DNA from: Halocafeteria seosinensis
Taxonomy: Eukaryota
Assembly (NCBI GenBank): GCA_001687465.1
Contig: LVLI01001149.1
Coordinates: 1 to 34,001, forward strand
Length of the DNA stretch: 34,001 nt
Reading direction: 5' to 3'
Position numbers and translations under genes: made by a program. Below the pieces are notes generated by a model that had not been told where the DNA came from, searched no databases, and was given only the letters and a program-made list of their open reading frames with translations. Shown one piece after another: positions 22,573 to 33,689 of this stretch (positions are counted from its first letter, which is position 1; each line of letters opens with the position of its first letter).

Positions 22573-23190
22573 CGCCTCGGACTTGCACTCTTCAAATTAT
22601 CATTGCTCCATCGGATGCAATAATATATCACACAACGCTAAACTGTATTTACTAAATACCATATTGGTATGGGTATATCACGTTCGCCGATGACTACACG
22701 TCACAAATGACAGCTGCAGCATGTGCCCGTAAGTAACCCCTTCCTGAGGCGCAGAAAACACACGTTGTGTAGGGGTGAAGAAACATGAAAAGAATAAGGA
22801 TACGATCTATCCACGGAAAGCTCTGAAAACCTCAATCGTGAAGTTCGAAGTTCACAGTGGTATAGCCTTCGCTCGAATCGCTCCTTCCTCACCAAATTCC
22901 TTCACTCCTTTTCGCATAAGTGATACAGTACCAAAAAAGAAATATTGTGTGTGTGTATCTCTGTCGAAGCTCATACTACCACAGACTCTGTGACAGGGAG
23001 CGTCGTGTCCGCTGCGCAGACCAACTTCAACTTCACCAGCATCCGGGCTTTCAGCCCGGATCCGCAAGTTCCACGGCGGAATCCACGCATGATACATTGT
23101 ACTCACCATATGTGGCTTCGTTGACATCCATTGAACTTGGAACGACCATCCGTGGACAGCATTCGAAGAATACTCGTCACTTTACTGAAA

Positions 23191-24935
23191 ATGCCGCCTC
23201 CAACAGACCCTCCGAAAGAAAATGAAGACAACAAGCAGACCAAAAAGGAAGATCAGCAAGGGCACCATGATAAGCACACCAAAGAACGCTCTGCACTAGA
23301 CGACAGTGATATAGAATTATTAAAGTCATATGTACGTGTTTTATGGACCGCATTTCTTATATCGGTGGTGGAGATATTGAGGAATTCTGAAGGCGTGAAG
23401 GACCTTTTTTGCTCCTCCTTGCTTTCCCCTGTGATAGATACCCCTCGTGCAATTAAGTCATTGAGGCATTTCTTCCATGGTATTAACTGGAGTAACTTAT
23501 CCGCTTGAATTTCAACTGCAGGGACATGGTCCGTACACATCTGCTATCAGGTCACTGGAGAAAGACATCGAGAATGAGAGTTCTCGGGTTAAGAAACTAA
23601 TCGGTAAGGTCATGGTGAATTGGTAATTCCACGTGCGCGCTTATGCTCATTCNCCCGCCGTTTTCACTTGCATTGTGACAGGTATCGAAGAGTCGGATAC
23701 TGGACTGTCTGCACCCAGTCAATGGGATTTGGTAGCGGACAAACAAATGATGCAGGAAGAGCAGCCATTGCTCGTGGCTCGCTGCACTCAAATCATTGAT
23801 GCCAGTGAAGAAGAGCCCAAATACATGATTAACTTGAAGCAAATTGCGAAATATGTTGTAGGGTTGGGAGAAAAGGTAGCGCCAACCGATATTGAGGAAG
23901 GAATGCGCGTTGGTGTAGACAGAGCAAAACACCAAATTCAGATCCCTCTCCCGCCGAGGATTGACCCCTCCGTAACGATGATGACCGTAGAGGAGAAGCC
24001 TGATGTAACATACGATGATGTAGGAGGAGCAAAGGTAAGTGGTGTGAAGGTTAGGTGATACCCCTGGCTACTGGACATATCATATTGGATGGCGATTTTG
24101 GTCTTGTCAGGAGTCGATCGATAAATTGCGAGAAGTTGTGGAGCTGCCATTATTACATCCTGATCGATTCGTTAAGTTGGGTATTGATCCGCCGAAAGGC
24201 GTATTGCTATATGGGCCACCGGGAACCGGTAAAACACTGTCTGCCAGGGCAGTGGCCAACAGAACGGACGCCTGCTTTATCCGAGTAATTGGGAGTGAAC
24301 TAGTACAGAAATATGTAGGAGAAGGAGCGCGTATGGTTCGTGAATTGTTCCAGATGGCACGCAGCAAAAAGGTGAGTCTCCATTCTTTGCTCCCTCTATT
24401 GTCGGACATAACTGGTCTCTGGTGGTGCGATGTACAGGCTGCGATCATTTTCTTCGATGAAATCGACGCTATCGGTGGATCTCGATTCGAAGGCGATGCA
24501 GGTGGAGATAATGAGGTCCAACGAACAATGTTAGAAATTGTCAATCAGTTAGACGGTTTTGATTCACGCGGTAACATCAAGGTATTAATGGCGACGAATC
24601 GTCCCGATACCCTTGACCCCGCCCTGATGCGACCAGGACGATTAGATAGAAAAATCGAATTTGCACTACCGGATTTACCAGGGCGTACACACATCATGAA
24701 AATTCATGGCAAATCTATGAGCGTGGATAAAGATATTCGCTACGAATTACTAGCTCGATTGTGCCCAAGCTCGACAGGGGCGGAACTTCGCAGTGTGTGT
24801 ACCGAGGCCGGTATGTTTGCAATCCGAAGTCGTCGAAAGAGCGTGAGTGAGAAGGATTTCTTGGACGCAATCGAAAAGGTTATCAAAGCCTACAAGAAGT
24901 TCAGCGCAACTCCGAAATACATGGTCTACAATTAG
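23191..24935 (+). CDS. PSMC2: 26S proteasome regulatory AAA-ATPase subunit 7 (Rpt1), 5 exons
   Basis: Motifs [77 protein letters not shown], Walker A GPPGTGKT, Walker [10 protein letters not shown], and C-terminal [12 protein letters not shown]. Confidence 0.98.
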
Positions 24936-25010
24936 GCAATCATTCAAAAAACACCTCCCCAAGACGTCAATTATACAAAGAGTTGCGGCAAATTGTACAG
25001 GTAGTTCGGC

Positions 25011-25711
25011 TCAAATTGTTTCATTTCTTAGGCTTTCCGCTATGTATTCGAGATCTTCAGTCATAGTATCCAAACTGTCTTTAATTGTGTAAGTCCACCC
25101 TCGTAATCCATCAAAACAAGTCTGCAACAAGAGAAATCGCATTGGTCTAACAACGTGGGAGCAGCTGGATCGTCACTAGCAACGTACCTCACAGGAGCGC
25201 CGGAATTCGGTCACACTACCGATTTGTGATTTTGATTCATCCTTCACTTGTTTGAGCACATTATCTAGTGCTTTCATCCTCTCCTTGAGTTGCTGCTGGT
25301 TCTCCCCTACAGCCAATAAAGATTTCATGACCCCCGTTCGAAAATCTTGATGCAAGTTTTCCGCAGTCGTTTGTATTTCCTTATAGCACAATCCTGGAAC
25401 GATGGGACAGCATGCTTTACACCAAGTAACACTAAAAATAGAAAAGGGGATACAAACGTACGCTTATCTTCCTTGCGTTGTTTGGCTTCCTGTCGGCTCT
25501 TCTCCCGAAGTTGCTTCAGCGATTGAGCCAATTCACTGTCTTGCGTCTGGATAATAGTCGACGGAGAGGATAGAGGGACAGGTGGGCTCCTCTTTGCGCC
25601 TCCTCCTCCTGCGCTTCCTGCACTATCGCGTCGTGTAGTGGCCCTATCTCCTCCTCCTCCTCCTCCGGAGGGAGATGCCGTCGTGGTGGTGGGCTTTTTC
25701 GGCATTATCAC
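25011..25711 (-). CDS. BLOC1S1: Probable BLOC-1 subunit 1 (BLOS1/GCN5L1)-like coiled-coil protein, 3 exons
   Basis: Spliced product ...REKSRQEAKQRKEDKR|LCYKEIQ...VGENQQQLKERMKAL...VTEFRRSCE|TCFDGLRGWTYTIKDSLDTMTEDLEYIAESLRNETI*. Resembles the BLOS1 pattern NQ..L...F...L....W...I..D...I...LEY. Confidence 0.6.
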
Positions 25712-25797
25712 ATGGATTAGTTTGTATTGTCAGTAATACTATATTTTTTATTCATTTATTAATTAATAAATTAACATATATCCCTCCTTGTTCAGAA

Positions 25798-27852
25798 ATG
25801 AGTGATCAACAACAACCACAAGATACCCCCATGGCGTACTCCCAGCAGTATGAGAGTACCTGGATTAACACGACACAAGGACCTCCACCCACATCAACAC
25901 AAGCATCTTCGGAAGCAGCCACAGCAGCAGGAGGAGGAGGAGAAGAAGGAGGAGGGCAGTCATCAAGGACGACGACAGATATGGGCCCATCCTCCTCCTC
26001 CTCGACGCCACAAAGTCTCTCACACACGACCAAAAGCAGCGTGAGTCCCGGACAGTACTATGTGATCAGTCCCAAAACAGCCGTCTCCCCTGCTCAAAGG
26101 ATGGCATTGGGAGCAGCATCAAGGGAAGCCGGCGGTCTGTCTCAAAGCGGCCTGAGACAGACCATCGACCCCACCACGGCTACGGGTGCGTCTGGGGTGC
26201 AAACTACCTCTGCTATGCAGTCTGGAGGAGCCGGAGCTGGACGTGGCCAGCAACAAAATATTGTACCACAACCATTGACGTTTTCCTCAGAGACAGTATC
26301 TGCCAGAGGGCCTTCCGTCACGAGTAGTAATGTTGCAGGAACCTACCCAAGGAATAGCCTCCCATCCCAAGGTATAAATGCTGCCAGACCTCCCTATTCA
26401 TTTAATGCCGAAAGCCCAGGACAAACAACAGGGTTGACTCAATCGTCAGCAACCAGCGATCCACGCTTGGGTACGATACAGACGACACAACCTGCAACAC
26501 GCTTGGGTACCATACAAAAGACGCCGCCTGCAACTTTTCCCTACTCGCAGCAACGGACAGAAGTCGCTTCAAGAAGCGCGACGTATTCAAGTGTTAGTTC
26601 CGAACGGTTCAGCGTAGGGAACAGCCCTCATAGTGCTGCACAACTGCGGAAGGCGCAGAATGTCAATTTTGCCCAAGAATCCAACTATGGACCGAATTAT
26701 CCGCGGCCGCGTCAGCTACAGTCCTATCAACCCCAGAAAGTGTCTGCAGGAAACGCTATAGGCCAACCGCAACAATACTCGCAACGCAGCAATCCCTATG
26801 TTACGCCTGCAAAACGGCAAGCAACGTACCAACCGCCCCAGCAGAAGTGGTCGCAAGTTCAAAAGAGTAAGTAAATGCTTCATCGAATATGAGGATATTG
26901 ACCTCCCATTGACATGTTACCCTCCAGGGTCTACTGCAACGGCGGAGGGAAGCGCAATGACTGCTTCGGAGCAGTATGAAGACTACCCATGGTACAGGGA
27001 TGATCCATCTCTGACTGATGATACGGTGTTGAGTATTGTGGAAGTGGTATCAGATTATTTTGATGAACTGGCTGTGACTGCCCCTCTTACGTCGTGGAGG
27101 ATCCCATGGGGAAAGCTAGTGAAGACACTCAATGACAAACGGGGAATCCGAGTGACTGAAGTGTAAGAGTGGCGTTGTTAAGGTTGTAAGTCCGTTCTTG
27201 GTTTTCCTTACCTTATCTATGTATCGACTGCAGTCAATGCCAACGAGTATGGCGTTATCTTGCTTACGGCAGTGATATAGGCAAACGCGAGACGCTGGAC
27301 AAGGACTCCGACAACGAAGGTGAGGAGCCAACGGAACTCAGCTCGAAGGTTTCTGACCCTTCGATTTTGCAGTACTCTCTGCAAGACGTACTTAGAGAAG
27401 TCTCTCCAGCATACGAATCAATCAGCTCAGCAGCTATCAACCAGGTGCAGAGCCATGCCAATCAGTCCAACTCACATACAACAAACTCTTCCAGTGATAC
27501 TATTTCCCTGGCGGATATGAGCGCTATTGTAACTGACATTGCCGGCGTGTGTCCAAATCCGCCTCCGACACCAGGTGATTTCCTACCAGAAAATGTAAGA
27601 CGTGAAGTTCTCAACCGGCTCGATCCATCGATCCGTAACTTTCCTTTGAAGTGTCGGGAAGTATTCGACGAGGAAGTTTCAAAGCAGCCCGTCGAAGTGC
27701 AAGAGAGATGCATCCAAAAGGCTGCCGACGAAGGGGCTAGCAGTAACTACCAGTTCCGTGTGTGGGAATCCAGGTCGCAAGAATTATGCAGTCTTGTAGC
27801 GACAGCAATACAGTCTGAGATAGCCGAACAAGGAATCCATGATCAGCGCTGA
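25798..27852 (+). CDS. Hypothetical protein with a long Q/S/T/P-rich disordered N-terminus and a Myb/SANT-like domain, 3 exons
   Basis: ORFs 25675-26874 (ATG 25798), 26798-27166 and 27367-27852 are joined by GT-AG introns. The junction reads IPWGKLVKTLNDKRGIRVTE|SQCQRVWRYLAYG. An internal 36-bp tandem duplication lies at ~26462-26533. Confidence 0.65.
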
Positions 27853-27995
27853 GCCAAGTCTCGCTGTTGTCCAGCTATCGGCTCCTGTCGATTGCCTAAA
27901 CTACAGTCAAGGTAGAACAGCGTTGTAAGATCGCGCGGTAAACAAAACGAATTTCATTTTTGCTGAGTTAGGTTCAAACCCTCACTATTGTGAGC

Positions 27996-28859
27996 TCATG
28001 CTAGTTTTGCTTGCTGCAAGAATCTCATAATCGTGGATGCGCAGACATCAGGGCAGTCCTCGTGAAGATGGTGACCAGCCCCTGGTATTCCTTTAACCAT
28101 GAAACGCCCTTGCATTTGACCCATGATGATGTCCCGATCAAAATGCTCCATTGACCGTTGCTGCCCTGTAAAACACCTCCCACTCACTGTTGATATATAT
28201 CAGCCGTGTCGACATAGACTAGGACGTACCTGAAAAAATCAAACACCTAGGAATGTCCAAATTTGAGAACAATTCTGAAAATTGACGGAACCAGCCTGCA
28301 GAGACCAACACGAATCTCATTAATCACCATGTCTACTTTATCGTCTTCGTTTCTCCGTGGAATGCGACACTGTACGACGGTTCGCTACTACTCTCTTACC
28401 TTCCCAATGCTCTTCGGATTTGAGAAGATCCGTCCTCCAACTTACACCGGAAGCATCAGTGGTTGCTCGGAACAAACTAGGAACTGATGCGTACGCAGAC
28501 GATGGAAGTTGAAGAATGCCTTTCTGAATGTGCCAATCAATGGCTTCTGTTATATCTCGGAAGTGGGAAGGGCGTAGGTGCAAGTTTTTCTTCGTTTGTG
28601 GAAGGGAGGCAATTGCTGCAGTTTCCACGACGTCTAGGACAACAAGCGCGCTTACTGGCACGGAGAGCGATCGGAAACCACCGACATCCTCGGCAGGATG
28701 ACTTCCTTTCCGATCAATTTGCTGTTGAGCAGCGATGGAGTTTGCAATGCATCCTCCTAATGAATGTCCTACCAGGATGACGCCATCATGAAGATCATGA
28801 ATCCCTCTGCTGTGTATTGCTTCCAATACCCGCACGAAGACGGATGTAAACGGCGCCAA
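27996..28859 (-). CDS. PPME1: Protein phosphatase methylesterase 1 (alpha/beta hydrolase); N-terminal part not found
   Basis: Motifs VILVGHSLGG, LVVLDVVETAA, RPSHFRDITEAIDWH, SAYASVPSL, WRTDLLKSEEHWE|GWF..FSELF and DRDIIMGQMQGRF...AGHHLHEDCP. Confidence 0.8.
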
Positions 28860-29210
28860 GAATCCTTGGGGGAATCAAGCGGCTTCGTTTTCGCGATGGT
28901 AGAAGACAACGCAAGAATCCGACGATACAACTTCCAAAAACGCCATGTCATTGGAATCTTATTCATGCTGATAGTGCAGGAAAATTCAATGATTGTTGGA
29001 CCTTGCGCACGAGACTATCTGTCACATGTGTACTAACCAAGCACAAGCCAGTTGAACAGTATGCGAAGAAAACACCTCACAACAGATAGCGCGAGCACAA
29101 TAACACTTCGTGTATTGCTTCGATTGCGGCACACCGACAGATGGGCAAAACTTCTAGAGAACATATCTTAAAATCGTGTTGAATTCCTCTGAGCCAGCAC
29201 CAAATCATAC

Positions 29211-29667
29211 CGTATTCCCACTCGTTAGGACGCCGTGAAAGAAGCTTTCGTCGTTCTTGCTCGACAGGTCGGTATACCATTTGTTCCAGTAAGGGAAACC
29301 CTTCTTTTTTCCCGGATGTTTGAGTTGCCTATATCCAGATACAACTGGAACAGCATCCTTTGCTAAGACTCAATCAAACCATACGTGTGTGACAGCATAT
29401 CTCCCGTACCGATGCAATTATATAAGCAGTTGCAGCAAATAGAACACCTGATACGTTCCCTTGACACATACAAGTAGTTCACCGTATCATGATGAAACCT
29501 CGACGTGCATCGACCTGGACATCCTGGCTTTCCAAACGATGAGGCTTTCCAAAAGTGGCGTCTTGCCCAAAACAATTGTCTGACACTAGCCTCACAAATA
29601 TAACTCCCGCAGCGCACCACATAAAGACATATGGAACAACGGCAGAGTTGTTGCGTATTCTTGCCAT
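29211..29667 (-). other. Possible 5' exons of a secreted-protein gene or gene relic
   Basis: ATG at 29667 with a hydrophobic leader (VVPYVFMWCAAGVIFVRLVS). A further exon-like frame GFPYWNKWYTDLSSKNDESFFHGVLTSGNT ends at a GTATGA donor. No complete model could be built. Confidence 0.25.
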
Positions 29668-29757
29668 CTTTACTTAGTTTGAAACACAAACTCATGCACC
29701 GAATTCGCTTGAACCTCGGGTTTGTAGAGTGACGGGGGACTTACGGTGATGGCAGCA

Positions 29758-30930
29758 TCATTTGTTAACCCGAAGCTCGCAGAATTGAGGTATGTATAGA
29801 GCACCATAAGCCGGATTCTCCAGTTCTTTCCAAAAACGGTCATTATCAAAGGTGTTGATAACGTATGTGGCCACAATTCTGCGAGAATTCGAGAACTCGG
29901 AATGCAGCTTTGCCGCATAGAAGAAATAATTATTATTTCTTGACGACCAAGGCAGGTGCAACTTTGTGGAGGAATCAAGGCTCCATGGACCGACTAACAA
30001 CGAGCTATTGTACAGGCGAATTTCCGAGCTGATAAGGCTGAGAACCTCAGCCATGTACCATACGTTAGCTGCATTCTCTTTCATGATCACGGTTTCACTT
30101 GTTGGAGGGAACCCTTCAATCTGCCTTAAGCCCAACGATCTAGAAGTGCTCCAGCCATCAACCGTCCAATATTGCGCCATTTCCCACTGCAGGTTGAGAA
30201 TGCTGGAATTCTGGATTCTAACCAAGACTGTGATAGCTTCCTCCTCATCGGTCACTGATGTTCCCGAAAAGCGCTGACCGAATACATACACCCACTTATC
30301 TCCAAGATCTGAGACCACTGCACTACTCCATGTCTCCAGATGTTCCTCAACGTCTGACACGTAGTGAAGATTGTAATCCCATTCGTTCGGGGAAGCTTCT
30401 GGATTGTCGACCAATATCCAGACGGTTCCGTGTACCTTGATTGGGGCATCATGGACGAAAGAATACGTTCCAACGACGAATAACTTTTCACCAACTCTCA
30501 CGCCCGCCATTGGCCAAATGTATACGTAGGGATTCTCGGGTGTGAAAATAGCTTCGGGGGTAGAGTCATTATCACGAACTCGGATAAATTTCTGGATACT
30601 TTGCCATGTCTGTTTGTCCGAATCATAATGCATGACACCGACTGAATTGTGAAGAAATCCTCCCGGGTGACGGACTGGAAACTGACTTTGGCCGATTACG
30701 GTATCTCCGAATAACCAAATATACCGTGTCGCATTCCATTTGATTGACGTTCCAACATCTCCTCCCAACCACGTCCGACCCGCTGATGGATTAGTATCTG
30801 AGTGGGAAGGGTTTATCAACGTTTGTAGACATTCCAAAGAGGGATCCCGGTCGCAAGTTGAAGCTGCGTTGGAGCTCCCCCATAAAGTCGAGGCAATCAA
30901 TATTATACAGTTGATCTTTATGAGCATCAC
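29758..30930 (-). CDS. Secreted DUF4185/DUF5005-like protein (putative beta-propeller glycoside hydrolase-like), intronless, 390 aa
   Basis: Signal peptide. Motifs WLGGDVGTSI...YIWLFGDTVIG, FLHNSV, YIWP..G, WVYVFG, GPWS and FFYAAKLH are typical of this largely bacterial family. Confidence 0.72.
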   Translation of the reverse strand: MMLIKINCIILIASTLWGSSNAASTCDRDPSLECLQTLINPSHSDTNPSAGRTWLGGDVGTSIKWNATRYIWLFGDTVIGQSQFPVRHPGGFLHNSVGVMHYDSDKQTWQSIQKFIRVRDNDSTPEAIFTPENPYVYIWPMAGVRVGEKLFVVGTYSFVHDAPIKVHGTVWILVDNPEASPNEWDYNLHYVSDVEEHLETWSSAVVSDLGDKWVYVFGQRFSGTSVTDEEEAITVLVRIQNSSILNLQWEMAQYWTVDGWSTSRSLGLRQIEGFPPTSETVIMKENAANVWYMAEVLSLISSEIRLYNSSLLVGPWSLDSSTKLHLPWSSRNNNYFFYAAKLHSEFSNSRRIVATYVINTFDNDRFWKELENPAYGALYIPQFCELRVNK

Positions 30931-31590
30931 CGCTTGCAGAGATTCGATCTATGATTGCAGAACGTGCCTGCAAACCTGCCTGCAAACCAAATAGCGCACT
31001 TTGGGATGCTCTGTGCAACAACACAATACCCCACACGGTTTGTGAAGTTGGGGTTTTGTTTGTGAAGTTGCTCCTCTACACAGAACTTCTAAAGTCAAAA
31101 TCCGAATAATGACATCATGCGTCTCAATGGTAGGTACCTTCCGCTACGAGAAATTTATGATCAATATCGTGGAGAAACCGAACCAAAATCCAGAATTCGG
31201 TTCATTTGGTACCATGGTATCTTGTCATGGACATCCGCGAAATCCTCCCATGCCTCCGGAAGCTGGAGCCCAGCATGACCGAAGAAGTGTCATTTAATGG
31301 GTGGTGGCACAGTGAATCGTGTGAAGTTCTGTATCTCCGTGACTGAAGCCGCTGTAGTGAAAGAAAAATTGTACGCTTCACCGTGAGACTTCGTTGAACT
31401 TCTTTGACTTCTACCCGATGACTTCGACTTTAGTGACTTCTTCAGACGTAAAGTTGTCTGAAGACTTTAAAGCTTCGAAGGGATTTATTCTACGACAACA
31501 CGGTACTCATACACATACAAGTACTTAAGGAAGTCGTGTGCGAGTAGATTAAGACACAGTATCGATATTGTAAACTCTGTGTCGTGAACA

Positions 31591-32454
31591 ATGGGCTTGG
31601 ATCTTAAGTGCAACGAAGAAGGTCAACACCTTTCATCTGGTGGCCTCCAGATACTGCGCAAATACTTGATTCAGCTAACAATTAAGTATCTTAAGAATTT
31701 GAATATCTTCCATCGCGTAGCAGCCGCGGCACCTTCCGATTATTTCGAAGACCGTCTAAAAGAGAATAGAGAAATGAGTAAGGAAGACTTCTTCAAGATT
31801 GTCGACGACACGACACGCAGTGATGATCAAAAATGGGAAGACCTAAAGGCTTTCGGAGCGAACGATAAGAGTGGTACTAAGCGTGATGCTAAAAGGGCGA
31901 GGAGTGACATGGATGAAGAAGATCCGGACAGCGTATTCCGATACCTACGAAACGAGTATCAATATGAGCAACAGGACATCCACGCCCTTATCAAGCACTT
32001 GGAAAGCTGGTTAGAGGAGCCACCCTTCCCGATGGGCCTATTCAGCGTCGCCCGGCTCAACCATTTCAATATCGCATACGAGAATCGAAAACTTTACTTC
32101 ACTCCAGAAGAAGTCGAAAGTATCAATAGCGGCTTTATGGCTCCGAATCCGCCTGTTCAAGAACGTCCCACTTACCAGGACTTGGAAAAGTACCACAAAA
32201 AACTCGAACATCAGCGATCCATGGAGAGAATCATGAATAAGTTTGGCCTCATTGGACTGAAGCGCTTTATTCATCAGTCCGTCAGCTACGGTGTGGAATT
32301 TTGGAGCTCAACCGACGCGTACGCTATACGTACGTTTATCAATTTGGTATTTCCATACATTGAGAATGAGGAGTACCTCTGGGAAGGACAATTTTTCCTT
32401 CAGCCACTTCTCGAGGAATCAGTTTCTACCGGTAAGCACATCTATTTTACATGA
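31591..32454 (+). CDS. Hypothetical acidic helical protein (287 aa), member of a local duplicated family
   Basis: Uninterrupted ATG-started 864-bp ORF with a degenerate paralog immediately downstream. A possible donor GTAAGC at ~32432 means the gene could continue. Confidence 0.65.
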   Translation: MGLDLKCNEEGQHLSSGGLQILRKYLIQLTIKYLKNLNIFHRVAAAAPSDYFEDRLKENREMSKEDFFKIVDDTTRSDDQKWEDLKAFGANDKSGTKRDAKRARSDMDEEDPDSVFRYLRNEYQYEQQDIHALIKHLESWLEEPPFPMGLFSVARLNHFNIAYENRKLYFTPEEVESINSGFMAPNPPVQERPTYQDLEKYHKKLEHQRSMERIMNKFGLIGLKRFIHQSVSYGVEFWSSTDAYAIRTFINLVFPYIENEEYLWEGQFFLQPLLEESVSTGKHIYFT

Positions 32455-32784
32455 TTGTGTATCTAGTCAGGTCCTGCCAAGATGCACATATTGACGCATC
32501 GCATTCGGGGTCTACTGGAAATAAACACTACGATCCGACGATGATTACCGGTACAGTAGGCACTCTTTAACATGTCCGAAGCTGCAAAATCCTCATATGA
32601 ATACCACGCTTAATTTTATCCACTGACACTACAGCTACCCCGGTACTCTTCAGACGTAATCTATCAAACCCCTCTTGTAGCTTGTGACGTAGTGTTTATT
32701 ACGAAGCCTGGAGAGTTTAGTACAACCGTGCTGTGTAAACGTTCTTCCTACTCATACCGAAAAAGATTTACGTTATACGTCAAG

Positions 32785-33535
32785 TTTCAGACTCCTTTAG
32801 TTGTCTGAAGGCTTTAAGGAAGCGATTTATAGAGTGCAGCGTGCTCGTGCTCATTTGTTCTACCCGCAAATACAGTATTTCATTCAGGTGAGCAATGAGC
32901 TTGTATTTTGTGGGCAACGAAGAAAGTGAACAGCTCTCATCTGGCCTCCAGGTACCGCGCAAAGACTTGATTGAGCTTACAATTAAGTATCTTAAGAATT
33001 TGAATCGCACCGTTTCCTCTTCATCCATGCCACCCTTCGCCATTGTGGCATCTCCATCAGTGCCTCTCTCATCGTTGGCTCCGAAAGTCTTTAGATCTTC
33101 CCATTGTTGATCATCGCTGCGTGTCGTGTCGTCGACAATCTCGTTTATTTGTTCTCTTCTAGACGGCTTTCAAAATAGTCGGGTCTTCTGGAGGAATGGC
33201 TCTTGCCGACATGTTTTCGCTGGATAGTAGGAAGCATGTTGTCATCGACAATAGAGCAGTTCTCGAAATACAAATCCTTACAACAGAATCACCTTGCACT
33301 CATGCGGAAGGAAAATTCCAACTTCGACCTTATGTACCTGGGTGTTAGGAACAAGGTTGGTCGCATTGAATTGAAGACCTTCTTTAGTCAATGGCGTATC
33401 TGGAAATTTTGGAGTGCTTCCGTAGCTTTTTTTTGCGTCGCATTATATCCATACGGGAACATTTGAGGGTGGAAGAGTTACGTCGGAACCGGGTTTGAAG
33501 AATCTATTTCTATTGGGAGACATATGTTTTACCGA
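32785..33535 (+). pseudogene. Tandem paralog of the 31591-32454 gene with an internal ~180-bp inversion
   Basis: 32910-33005 matches 31608-31704 in direct orientation. ~33007-33185 matches ~31735-31925 as a reverse complement. 33186-33535 resumes direct similarity (NKVGRIELKTFFSQ vs NKFGLIGLKRFIHQ; EESISIGRH vs EESVSTGKH) with stops and deletions. Confidence 0.85.
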
Positions 33536-33689
33536 TTTACCGGCAATATCACCCTATGGTAGCCTACTAGCCTCACAAGTGCTTTGAGAATTTCTCCGGA
33601 CAAAATACGAGTCATTGACTCTTGGCAAACCATACTGGTAAATTGTCTACGTAACTGCGTAACTGTGCACTTTTTAGGCGGAATGTAGT

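Noticed and set aside
23030..23090. TPP riboswitch-like appearance (GAACTT..ATCCGG on the minus strand)
   Set aside because: Lacks the CUGAGA and AUACC elements and the expected pairing.
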